Source: Auanema rhodensis
Lineage: Eukaryota > Animalia > Nematoda
Assembly (NCBI GenBank): GCA_964057225.1
Contig: OZ059899.1
Span: 8,990,001 to 9,054,000 of the forward strand
DNA length: 64,000 bases
Reading direction: 5' to 3'
The notes under the pieces were generated by a model, which saw only the letters and a program-made list of their open reading frames with translations, had not been told where the DNA came from and searched no databases. This document shows positions 12,095-22,760 of the stretch, piece by piece; the first letter of the stretch is position 1; the number at the start of each line of letters is the position of its first letter. The translations under genes were made by a program, and so were the position numbers.

Positions 12095-15000
12095 ATGGCT
12101 GCTAACAGGTTGTGTTTTTTCCTAGCTTTTTTTTTAAATTAAAATATTTATTTTCAGTTATAAGCGTGTATGTGAAGAGTTGGGGTTCGATTATGAGGAA
12201 ATTTATCAACTCAGGTAATCTAATAATATTTTTAAAATATACATCTTTGTTGTTTTTTTTTTAGTAAGCGCATAAAGCTTACCGAGAGTGGTGGTGTTGA
12301 GCTCTGTGACCCCGCAATAACCACTTCCAATAGTGGTCCCTCGTCATCAAGGGTTATTGAAGTTATCACCTTGGATGACAGCGATAATGAGTAAGCTATC
12401 GTATAATGAAAAAGCATGATTTTTTTTTTCAGAGAATGGAATCCCGAGATGCCATCAACTAGTGGAGAACAATTAGGAGGCGGTTCATCCTTCAACGATA
12501 TTTGTCAAATAAAGGTACGAGCTTTTAACTTTTTTTTTTTATGTTACAATTCTTCTCACTCTATATCTTTTATTTGATTACATATCTTGAGCAATTTTGA
12601 ATTCTGCCATCTATTTTTAAACAAATCATCATACATTTGGTGGCTTTTTGAAAAATAAAATAAAATCTTATCCCAAATCCATGCCATAATATCATTTATT
12701 AAATTTTTATTCATTAAAATACACTTAAATTTAAATATTTTGATGCTCAAAAACTGACACATTTAAATATTTTGTATTTTCTTAACCATTTCACACCATA
12801 TATTTTAAACAATTGTATATTTCTACCACTATTTCATAATTTCATTTTTTAAATTTTTAATCATTAAAAAAAAAAAACATTTAAATTTCAATATTGTGAT
12901 GCTCAAAAACTGAAACATGAAACAGATTTATATTTTCTAAGCCATTTCACTTCATCTCTTTTATTTAATCACATATCTTGAACAAATTTAAATTTCTATC
13001 ACTTTTCCATAATTTCGTTTATTAAATTTTTAATCATTAAAAAACATTTAAATTTCAATATCGTGATGCTCAAAAACTGAAACATTTAAATATTTTGTAT
13101 TTTCTAAGCCATTTCACTTCATCTCTTTCATTTATATATATTTTAAACAATTTTATAATTCTACTATTATTTAATTTTTATTTGTTAAATTTTTAAACAT
13201 TAAAAAAAAAAATTGATGCTCAAAAACTGAAACATTTAAATATTTTGTATTTTTCTAATCGTTTTGAAACAAACTAAACATATATTTGAAAACATTTCAA
13301 TTAAATAAAAAATAACGACTATAACAAACAAAGAGACATAATAATTTAAAGCAAAAGATGAAACAATTCATATATATTCTTAAAACTATTTTTATTTAAA
13401 CTTTTAAAAATAAAAATTAAAAAAAAGCATGTAAGCTGTTATAAATGTTGTTTATTATAGTGGTCACACCGGCGCATAAAACGCACCGGTCGTTTTACCA
13501 ACGTGGTCGTTCGATCGCTCACGTTCCCACACTTGGAAAATGTCGATGAACCAATGCATGTTATCATGCCGCGGTTATTCAACGAATTCCTTGATCGTTG
13601 TCTTGCTGAAAGCGGTGTGCCTGATAAGCAAAAAGCCTTATTTTGTTTATCAATTGAGCACCCTTCCTTTGAAAAGGGCTCCATATTTATGGACTTTCGT
13701 AGAAGGGAGCATCTGGATGGCGTAGCCATTATGAATGCCATCAGCAAGGTGCAGCAATCAAAACGAGAGGCTGTAATCAGCCAGGCAATGAATATTGAGA
13801 TGTATGTGTTTGATGAAAGGCCAGCGCAGCCAAGCCTGATGCCTGGTGAAGGTAGAGTCGGGTTTTATTTTGACCCCGAACTCAAAATACCTGGAACCAT
13901 TGCCAACACTGACTCACATTGTCTGGCTAGATCAGCAGTTGTGGGAATGTGGAAAGCTGACGAGCTGGCCACTGAAGATGGCGATGAGAAGCGAAGGCTG
14001 CAAAACCTTCGTCGCAATTACATCTTATTGCCAAATCAGCCACACCATATCAATTTATTAAATAGGTGTGGTATTTCTGTAGATTTACCAAATTATAATT
14101 TAATTCATTTAAACATTATTGCCAGCTGTAATACAAACTATAAGTTTGTAGTATATGCTAGACCGCCTGGACAGCGTATGTACACTATCCAGAAAATATT
14201 TAATAAAGCGGCTAGCAAATTGGTAACACTAGGTTACCGAAATAATCACTATGATTGTATTACAGCTGGTAGTCGTTCGAAAATTTTTGATGGTATTATA
14301 TGTCAACACTGTAAGTTATCTTACAATACAGTGTTGCATAGATGTAAAGCCAAATGTAAAAAATGCCACACCTATAATTGTAATGCGATGGGGAATGTGG
14401 TTGAGAGTAGCGTGAGGTGTGATAGTTGTAGAGTTTTGTTTAAAACTCAACAATGCTTCGATAGGCATTTGCGAAAAGCCTGCCGAAAATTCAAGGTATT
14501 TTGTGAAAATTTAAAGTTGTACATAACAAGCTTATATTCAGACATGTGTGGCGTGTGATCACTATCACATGGTCCGTGCTGATAGACCGCACAATTGCAA
14601 TGAAAAATTCTGCAAAAAGTGCGGTCAGACAAAGCCTGAAGAGCACTCTTGTTGTTGGGTTCCACCTAACGACAAGAAGAAGGCTCAGCTAAAAAAGAAG
14701 CAAGAAAAGTTCAAGGTTTGTATTTAACATCTTTACAAGTGTAATGCTTACTTGTTTAAGATTATATTTTATGACTTTGAAACAGTTGTGTTAAAAAACG
14801 GCACAAATGTTCATGAATATGCAGATGAACAATGGCCCAATATGGTTGTGTATAACAAATTTTGTGAAAGTTGTATAGATGCCAATTCCTGTGAGAAATG
14901 CACAACCAAGGAGGGCCATTTTGGGTACCAACAAGGTGATAGTGAATGGTCTGTAACAGATCGTTTCCTTGATTGGTTACTCAACTTTTCTGAGAATGAT

Positions 15001-17692
15001 AATGCAATTTTGATTGCGCACAACGGGCCGCGCTTTGACATACATTTCTTGGTGTCTAGGCTGATAAACCGTGGAATATATCCTGACCCCATTTTAAATG
15101 GGACCAAGATTATTAGCATGGTTGTCAAGCCATTAAGAGGTCAAAACATTAACCATTTATGTTTTAAAGATAGTTATTTACTAGTGCCTTTACCCTTATC
15201 AGCGTTACCCAAGGCGTTTGGTGTACCTGATATGAGTAAAGGACAATTCCCATACCTCTTTAACCACCCAATAAATTATGGCAAAGTGCTACCATCCTTG
15301 CCACCAAAGCATTACTATTGTACTGCTAGAATGAAAGCAGAAGACCTAGCTTCATTCAATATTTGGTATGAGGAGCGTAATCAAAGTGTGTTTGATTTTG
15401 ATGAGGAGCTTCTGGAATATTGTAGGACAGATGTCCGTATTTTAACCAACTGTATGAAAGTGTACATGAAGTTGGCCACCGCCACCACTGGCTGGAATCC
15501 TGTCATACAATGTATGACATTTGCCAGTTTCTTTTTATTCCAGGCAAGTTTTTTAAAATACAAGCATTTTCAAAACTAGTATATTACAGTTGAAAATGAA
15601 CCACATTAAAGAGAACCAAGTGGGTATTCTGCCTGAGACTGGTTATTATGCCGGCCAGAAGCAGAGTATAATTGCCATAAAATACATAAAATGGCTAGAA
15701 CACGGATTAGGCCGCCCATTAATGCATAAGCTTAATGGTGGTGAATTTGTTGTGAGAGTAGATGGCCAACGCTATCTACTTGATGCTTATGACAGTGTGG
15801 CTAATCACGGCTATGAGGTGAGTAATTTGTAATAAATGTAAAAAATGATAAAATTTTGTAGTTTAATGGCTGTATTTATCATGGTTGCCCCCAGTGCACC
15901 AACAAGACTGCTATTGCACCAGGCAGAAATGGTGAAACAATGGAAGAGGTAAGCAATACTTTTTTTTAATCATTTTAAGCTGAAACATTTAGGTTTATGA
16001 AAAAACCATGAAAAGGCTTGAGGCTATTCAAAGCCAGGGCATTAGTGTAACCACTGTGTGGGAACACGAAATTACTGCTCAAATGTCATCAAATGAGCAA
16101 ATGGCAAATTTTATGAAGGACACTGAGGTTGTAACTCGATTGGCACCTCGAGATGCCTTCACCGGCGGCCGAACTCAAACATATAAGCTTCTGGCCCAAG
16201 CTTCGGATAGATACTCACTAGAGTATGTGGACTTTTGTTCACTTTATCCATATGTAACGGCATTTGATGCCTATTACCCTGTGGGTAATCCTAAAATGAT
16301 TACTGAGGGCTTTGAGAGTTTTGAGGCATGCTGCCCATACAAGGGCCTTGTGAAATGTGACGTGCTTGCACCCACAAATTTGTTGTATCCTGTATTAGGA
16401 ACACGCATAGGCGGTAAATTAATTTTTACAAACTGCCGCACATGTGCAAACAGAGGCAAAAATGTAACATGCCCGCACCAAGATGATGAAGACGCTCGAA
16501 AGCTGCATCTGACTGTAACGCATGTAGAGCTCGAATGTGCCATACAGCGTGGCTACAAAGTGCTTCATGTTTATGAGGTTTGGCACTGGGATGAATGGCA
16601 GCAAGGAGGCCTATTCAAGGATTTTGTACAAAAGTACATAAAAATTAAGCAAGAGGCATCGGGCTGGCCTAAGCCAAATATGACAGAGGCTGAAAAGGTA
16701 TGTGTCATGAAAAGTATGGCATTAAATAGAATTTTACAGCTAAAATATCTCCAAGAGCACGAGGAGAACACTGGTGTTGCTCTGGAGAGCAACAAAATTG
16801 AAAAGAATGCGGCCATGCGTAGCATTGCCAAACTACAGCTGAATAGGTATGTAAACTTTTAAAAATAAAAATTTACAAATTTGCTTATAGTGTATGGGGT
16901 AAAATGGGTCAAAGACCGGATAAAGCCCAAACCAAGATTATTGGTGTTGAGGATCCTGAAATTGGTAGGATCATAACTGATCCTGCAAGGGAACTCACGG
17001 GCTTCAAAATTGTGGACGATGTGGCGTACTGTACAACAGTGCCAGAGGACTCACACTTGGCACCAGCGCCGTTTACAAATGTAGCCATAGCGGCTTATAC
17101 AACCGCTCATGCAAGGCTACTATTGTATAAGGCAATGGAAAAAATTGGAAAGAACTTGGTGTATACAGGTAATTTTATACTTTGTATACAATTTAAACGT
17201 ACATCATTTAGACACCGATTCTCTAATTTATTTAAAATGCCTCGATCAGCCTGATCCAATTGAGGATATGAAGGGTGAATGGTTAGGTAAACTAACCTCA
17301 GAAATACCCGATGGTTGGTCAATGACCAAATTTGTTTCACCACCTGCAAAAGTTTATAGTTATGAGCTAGTAAATGCAGCTGGTCAGGTCAAGTATATCA
17401 CCAAGGCAAAGGGAGTGGTAAGTATAAAAATATATTATTGAGAAACTTTTTAAAATTACAGACGCTGGACCACACGGCAGCCACCGTGGTAAACTATCAA
17501 AGTATGGAGCGATTGGTTCGAGGACTCGTGATGGATGGAGAAAAATTGGTTTTAAAAACCAAAACAACGTTATTAAAGAGGCAGCTTGGTGCCATATCCA
17601 CGATGGACATGACAAAGAGTACCAAGGTCGTAATGGATAAACTTTGTTATCTAGACGATTTTAGTACTTTACCCTATGGTTATTGTGAATAA
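12095..17692 (+). CDS. pPolB: Protein-primed DNA polymerase B (N-terminal/terminal-protein region, OTU-like, Cys-rich, exonuclease, Vsr-like insert, polymerase), 14 exons, ~1370 aa
   Basis: Exons 12095-12108, 12158-12214, 12265-12390, 12433-12514, 13461-14495, 14542-14715, 14761-15543, 15590-15817, 15862-15948, 15993-16697, 16740-16846, 16891-17168, 17212-17417, 17462-17692 join in frame (4113 nt). Motifs YDFE, AHNGxRFD, YCRTDV, EFNGCIYHGCPQC, DFCSLYP, KLQLNSVWGK, YTDTDS, TLPYGY. Confidence 0.92.
12515..13460 (+). repeat. pPolB intron 4, built of degenerate ~150-170-bp AT-rich repeats
   Basis: tgatgctcaaaaactga core near 12741, 12897, 13064, 13214; units 2 and 3 have one extra copy. Confidence 0.75.
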
Positions 17693-17830
17693 TTTTTAAT
17701 ATATTTGAATTTATAAATTTTATTATTGCGTGTATATTTGTATATGGTTGTATTTATAGATTTTTATGTATAGTTGTATTAATAAATTTTATTCTTCTCA
17801 TCAAATGTTTTAAAGAGTTTATTACATACA

Positions 17831-19165
17831 TTACAAACTGGTATCAATATATGGAGCACGATTGTTGTCAATTGAAAGAATAGAGTCATATTCTGCATAA
17901 ACAATAGCATATAAACCCTCTTGCGGCGTTTGTTGACCAAATTCCAATTTCAGGGCCACATTACCTTGTCGTATAACATCAAATAACTCGGACGAGTGTA
18001 CAGTCGGTGAAATATCAAATACAAAAAATGTGAAGCCGGTTTTATACATTGCTGGTGTAATACCATTGGATGAATCTGTACGACCAAGGCCCAAACCCTC
18101 CAACATATCAATATATGCTGTGGCATAGGAAGAACGCCATTCTAAATTATAAGGGCGGGTAGGTATTACCCGATTGTTGAGCGTCAAGTATATATTTTTC
18201 AATTCAAACGGTTTAAAGTTGAATGGCGAATGTTTAAAAGTACCATTATAGGCGTGTGCGCCGACAAGACCTACTACAACACGTTTCGGTGTATGCGACG
18301 TGAATAATATGTTATTGGGTGAATCCAAACGGCCTCCTTCTATGAAATAAGAGCGCATTTTCACTGACGTCATGGGGTAGTGTATTCGTTCCTTTACAAG
18401 TTTATCTTCTATAGCCATAGCTAATCCAGCGTTTAGATCAAACTCTTGAATAAGCAAGTGCACATCGTTGATATCTATTTTCAGGTTTGGAAACTCCTCC
18501 TTCATTGCAGCATCCTTGCTTTCATTATTCCATCCAAGTGTGTCAATTAAGAAATTATCACGGTTTGGATATGCAGTTAGCTCCATTTTTGAATAGTTTA
18601 CAAACAGTCGTTCCTGATTGAATAAGTCGATACTGATGGAAGCAGCCATCTCACACAATATGCCATTTTTAACAAGCCCTTGTCGCGCTCTAAATCCAGA
18701 ACTGGCTGCATTATCTATATATCTATCCGCATAATAGCCTGATATGGCAAGTTTGCTCTCTTTAACATCGTTGCTATACATTAGAATATTCTCAATATAT
18801 GTTTTGTAGGCATGATTCACGGTAGAGTCATACACGCTAACATCACCAATTTTTAAATGATACGAGTTTATCAAACTGGCTGCAAATTGTTGGCATGGTG
18901 CAAAAACAAGGTTGTCTGGTACTGGATCGCCGTTTGTGTTTACAATTTTGAATTTTACATTCAACCAACACCTTCTCAGATTAAGAAATGATTTGGAATT
19001 TTGGGCTATAACAAATTCCCATGGTCCTTGAGGAAGAAAAGTATTTTTTAAAGGAACTTGTACAGTACGAGTTGATTCAACACCTAATGCCAACGCCGGT
19101 ATGTCACTATAATTAATATTAGGTAAAAGTGCTTGTGCTGATTTTGAATCTATCAATTTAGCCAT
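17831..19165 (-). CDS. Major capsid protein (double jelly-roll, Polinton PY-like), 444 aa
   Basis: Size, position and motifs (SIDLFNQER, PKRVVVGLV, AYNG..SPFNF, YAEYD) match Polinton MCPs; intronless. Confidence 0.88.
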   Translation of the reverse strand: MAKLIDSKSAQALLPNINYSDIPALALGVESTRTVQVPLKNTFLPQGPWEFVIAQNSKSFLNLRRCWLNVKFKIVNTNGDPVPDNLVFAPCQQFAASLINSYHLKIGDVSVYDSTVNHAYKTYIENILMYSNDVKESKLAISGYYADRYIDNAASSGFRARQGLVKNGILCEMAASISIDLFNQERLFVNYSKMELTAYPNRDNFLIDTLGWNNESKDAAMKEEFPNLKIDINDVHLLIQEFDLNAGLAMAIEDKLVKERIHYPMTSVKMRSYFIEGGRLDSPNNILFTSHTPKRVVVGLVGAHAYNGTFKHSPFNFKPFELKNIYLTLNNRVIPTRPYNLEWRSSYATAYIDMLEGLGLGRTDSSNGITPAMYKTGFTFFVFDISPTVHSSELFDVIRQGNVALKLEFGQQTPQEGLYAIVYAEYDSILSIDNNRAPYIDTSL

Positions 19166-19618
19166 TTAAATACGATACGACCGCTCACGAGTTATGCACA
19201 GACGCTTATGAGGTTTTGTGGTTTTGCGTCGTCGCCGCTTGCCCAAACCGGTAAGATCTCGTATAGCCTGCCGGCCGGCTGTTTTAAGAGTTTGCTTGAT
19301 ATTATCGCCCTTGAGCACCCCATCAACAATTTCATTGCTAGTTTTTAGCAACTGGCCGCCAAGAGGTGAATTTACAACTGGACTATTGCTTACAGCACTG
19401 GATAATGCATTCCTTCTAGCATTGATGAGATTTTGGGCTATAGGTGATTGAATAATGCGTGGTAAAAACGATGCCAATGTTGCCAGTATACCACCCAGGC
19501 CATGACCTCTCTGCATACCACGTTGAAACATCATTCCACTAAATGGCGCCCCACCCATTTGTTGATTCAAAAGTGTTGTCCATTGAATTGAGTTCAAGTC
19601 TAGAAGGAGGTGTGGCAT
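19166..19618 (-). CDS. Basic virion core-like protein with GxG protease sites
   Basis: QQMGG, QRGHGLGG, LTGLG then KRRRRK tail; its stop abuts the MCP ATG; probable ATG at 19618. Confidence 0.7.
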   Translation of the reverse strand: MPHLLLDLNSIQWTTLLNQQMGGAPFSGMMFQRGMQRGHGLGGILATLASFLPRIIQSPIAQNLINARRNALSSAVSNSPVVNSPLGGQLLKTSNEIVDGVLKGDNIKQTLKTAGRQAIRDLTGLGKRRRRKTTKPHKRLCITRERSYRI

Positions 19619-19668
19619 ATTGAACCGCACGTGCGCAATACAAAAGTTACACTAGATCATTTTACTAA

Positions 19669-20124
19669 ATGTATTCGTCTGAAATAGCGTCACTATTGCA
19701 ATCTGTCCGCATCACTCGAAAACTATTCCTCGGTGTATTTAGCGCGGATACTCTACCCAAAACACGTCGAAAGAACTTTGCACTTGTTGTAAATACTGAC
19801 ACACACGATAAACCGGGCACACATTGGCAAGTCATCTTTGTACGTAATGATCAAGCCTACTTTTTCTGTAGCTTGGGTTATAAAATGAACAAGTACATTC
19901 GTCATTATCTGGCCAAATATAAAAATGTAAAAGTTAATACTTGCAAACCACAACGCATAATTGAATACACTTGTGGTGGTTATGCAATATTTGTAATACT
20001 AATGTTGTCAGCTGGTAATACATTTGAAAGCATTTGTTCATTTTTTAAACTATTAAAAAACGATGATGTCTTTATTAAAGCGTTTATGCATAAAGTATTC
20101 GACTATAAATTATCTAGCATATGA
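19669..20124 (+). CDS. Adenain/Ulp1-like maturation cysteine protease, 151 aa
   Basis: FLGVF, VNTD..PGTHW, Q.....CG motifs. Confidence 0.88.
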   Translation: MYSSEIASLLQSVRITRKLFLGVFSADTLPKTRRKNFALVVNTDTHDKPGTHWQVIFVRNDQAYFFCSLGYKMNKYIRHYLAKYKNVKVNTCKPQRIIEYTCGGYAIFVILMLSAGNTFESICSFFKLLKNDDVFIKAFMHKVFDYKLSSI

Positions 20125-20382
20125 TCAACTTCGCCATTAAAACGTCACCTGCTACATTAGGTGGTCAGTTATGAATATTCCCTGTCACTGTGAATTATGT
20201 ATAAGATACACGTTGGAACAATCTGTGCCAACACCCCTGTACAAAAAGATTTTGAAACGTATTTCAGTGCCATTCATTAAAGGAATATCTCTGGGACTAG
20301 GCTTTTGTACAACACTAGTCATTATTCCACTCATTATATAAAAGTGAGTTGACTGTGTGTGGTTGTTTTTCAATTTCCTCTA

Positions 20383-20847
20383 ATGGAACTTTTATGTAAC
20401 AAGTATTGTGTTACGTGCAAGGAAATATTTTCATCAGCCAAGCATTTTAGTGATCACGTATTAAAAAGACATGACGGGATTCAACCCGTATGTAACAGTT
20501 ATATCAGCAATGCTGACTTTATTCAAAAATATGGACATTTGGATGGTGTTCGTAGACGTTTGTGCCCTTATTGTAGTGAAACTTTTGGAACAAGATTCAA
20601 TTGTCAGCGTCATATTCGGCGTCTTCATAATAGTAATGGAACGAATGGTAAAGATGGTGATGGAAATGATACCAGCGAACCCTCTGAAAAAACTGAGGAG
20701 TTTGTACAGTCAGCCGAACCAAAACGATGCCGCTGCAATAGTAACCGAGAATATTCACAACACGAGCCGCGCATCAAACAAAACGGCGCTGAACTACCTT
20801 TTAAACCTTCGAAAATCGTAATGTGGTCTTGTATAACTGTTGAATAA
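20383..20847 (+). CDS. Protein with two C2H2 zinc fingers
   Basis: CVTC-x12-H-x4-H and CPYC-x12-H-x4-H; TATATAAAAG about 45 bp upstream of ATG 20383. Confidence 0.75.
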   Translation: MELLCNKYCVTCKEIFSSAKHFSDHVLKRHDGIQPVCNSYISNADFIQKYGHLDGVRRRLCPYCSETFGTRFNCQRHIRRLHNSNGTNGKDGDGNDTSEPSEKTEEFVQSAEPKRCRCNSNREYSQHEPRIKQNGAELPFKPSKIVMWSCITVE

Positions 20848-20852
20848 AACAT

Positions 20853-21712
20853 TTATTTCACATTTTTAACATGTAATGTAACAATTGTAGAACCATAATT
20901 AAATTGCATAGGGCGACCAAATTCATCTAAAATTTCAATACGTATAGTATCGAGTGTTTGCTTAGTGATTGGTACATAACGAATAGGATTAAATGTTTTG
21001 GCAATCATTTTACCAAATTCAGTGGGAGGTGGTACAGGTAAACATGCAAGTAAACTAGCTTTCACATTACCGAGAATGGAATATTCTACAATATCACAAT
21101 ATATATATACATTGTATTAATGTTATTTGAAAAATCAATGGGGCGCCTGGCTATTAACGTGTCGTTGATAATTTTATTCTCAAAGCCAAGAAAATATGCG
21201 AGAGCATCACCGAGTGTTGCATTCAATAATAGCCGCTTACTTGTTACAAACTCTATGCGTTGTAGTGTTTTGTTAAACCGAAAAGTGGCGTCTGCCAGCA
21301 TTTCCTTGACAAGTTTAGCCTCAGCTTGTCGATTATTATACCACTTTTTCACATCTTCATCTTTATCTATCAAACCCTTTATACGTGCTTCTTCCTCAGC
21401 TCCAAGAGGTTTAGTGCTGCTAGCAATAAATTGTTCTTTTCCAGCATTGATTCCGCGTATTATTTCATCACCATTTGCATAGTTACCTTTGGGCAAGTGC
21501 AGAATAAACTTTCTGTTGGAAAAACGTAGTGTATAAGAAAGATTTTTTTGTACATTTAATATCGAACATGGAAAAATTATGTCTGTCAGCCCAATGCAAT
21601 ATCTGTTATTGCGTAGCCTTAATGTTTCAGGTAACCTGGTAAGAAACACTGATGAGGTATTACTTTTTTCAGAGTCAACTGATGACGGCAAAGTAATGTA
21701 AAAATCATCCAT
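20853..21712 (-). pseudogene. Minor capsid (penton, PX-like) gene, frameshifted in unit 1
   Basis: MDDFYITLPSS...YIYCDIV...IRIEILDEFG..TLH; an extra AT in the (AT)n run near 21100 relative to units 2/3 splits the ORF. Confidence 0.85.
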
Positions 21713-21791
21713 CACAGACCACCACCTGATGCGTGCACACTAGTATAAATGAAATCATTTGCATTATAGGTACATTTACGAGTGGTTGATT

Positions 21792-22439
21792 ATGGTTTTC
21801 AGCTTCAAACTACCCAGTCAGACAACTGTAATAGGGGCAACGCAATGTGGTAAAACTACCCTTATAAAACGTATATGTGAAAATACTGAAAAGTTTTTCA
21901 ACGTCCCCATTGATAGAATATTCTGGTTCAGTCAATGTGGAGCATCGTCAGGTGTTCCATTAAATGATGAGCGTTTAATAGTTATTCAAGGACCACCTGA
22001 TCCGGATATAATAAAAGAGCAAAAGGGAGTAAACACCATACTAGTGCTGGATGATTTGATGAATTTTTTCTCATCGAATAAAGCGGCTAAAGAATTACTC
22101 AACAACATTTTTACAGTGTGGGCACATCACTGGAATTTGGCAGTGTTTAATCTTGTGCAAGCTGCATTTCAGCTAGACAGGACCAGTCGAATTAATAGTA
22201 CATATATAATACTGATGAAAAGTCATTCGGATATATTACAAATACGTAATTGTCTGCAACAATTATTTGGCCCCCGCTTTAAAAATGCTCTAGAAGCATA
22301 TGATGATGCAATGTCTACACCCTATAGTCATTTACTGATTGACAACCATCCTTTAACAAATGAGAAACAGCGTATACTATCAGATATAACAGCGGAGCAC
22401 CCTATTGTTTATGTAGCCAGAAATATATTCAGTGTTTAA
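21792..22439 (+). CDS. A32/FtsK-like genome packaging ATPase (only intact copy)
   Basis: Walker A GATQCGKT, Walker B ILVLDD, HHWN, PYSHLLID. Confidence 0.9.
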   Translation: MVFSFKLPSQTTVIGATQCGKTTLIKRICENTEKFFNVPIDRIFWFSQCGASSGVPLNDERLIVIQGPPDPDIIKEQKGVNTILVLDDLMNFFSSNKAAKELLNNIFTVWAHHWNLAVFNLVQAAFQLDRTSRINSTYIILMKSHSDILQIRNCLQQLFGPRFKNALEAYDDAMSTPYSHLLIDNHPLTNEKQRILSDITAEHPIVYVARNIFSV

Positions 22440-22451
22440 TGTGCATGTTCA

Positions 22452-22760
22452 ATGAGTGGTCGTATTTTGTCAAATTACAACTTTTTATCTTCTTGTGCCA
22501 AAACCCCTTGTTCTGTTTCCTCTTTTTCTATTTCACAAATTGAAATTATTGTTGAAATTGTATTTAATATTGTGAAAAATAATAATTTTCTCTTAACTAA
22601 CAAGGAATATAAAACCCTTTTGCCCATATCCTCATTATTACGTCAAATAGCTTTGATACGCACACCCGAAAAGGCTAAAACTTTATTGGCAACGATTTCA
22701 CACAAACAATTGAAAACAATAGTTTCATGTGGAATTGCTTATTTTGGTTTTAAAAGATGA
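22452..22760 (+). CDS. Small uncharacterised Polinton protein, 102 aa
   Basis: Conserved in all copies, between ATPase and the 245-aa ORF; EIVFNIVKNN motif. Confidence 0.65.
   Translation: MSGRILSNYNFLSSCAKTPCSVSSFSISQIEIIVEIVFNIVKNNNFLLTNKEYKTLLPISSLLRQIALIRTPEKAKTLLATISHKQLKTIVSCGIAYFGFKR

Noticed and set aside
13503-17692. pPolB as a fragmented pseudogene
   Set aside because: Every break has splice signals that restore frame and motifs, identically in three copies.
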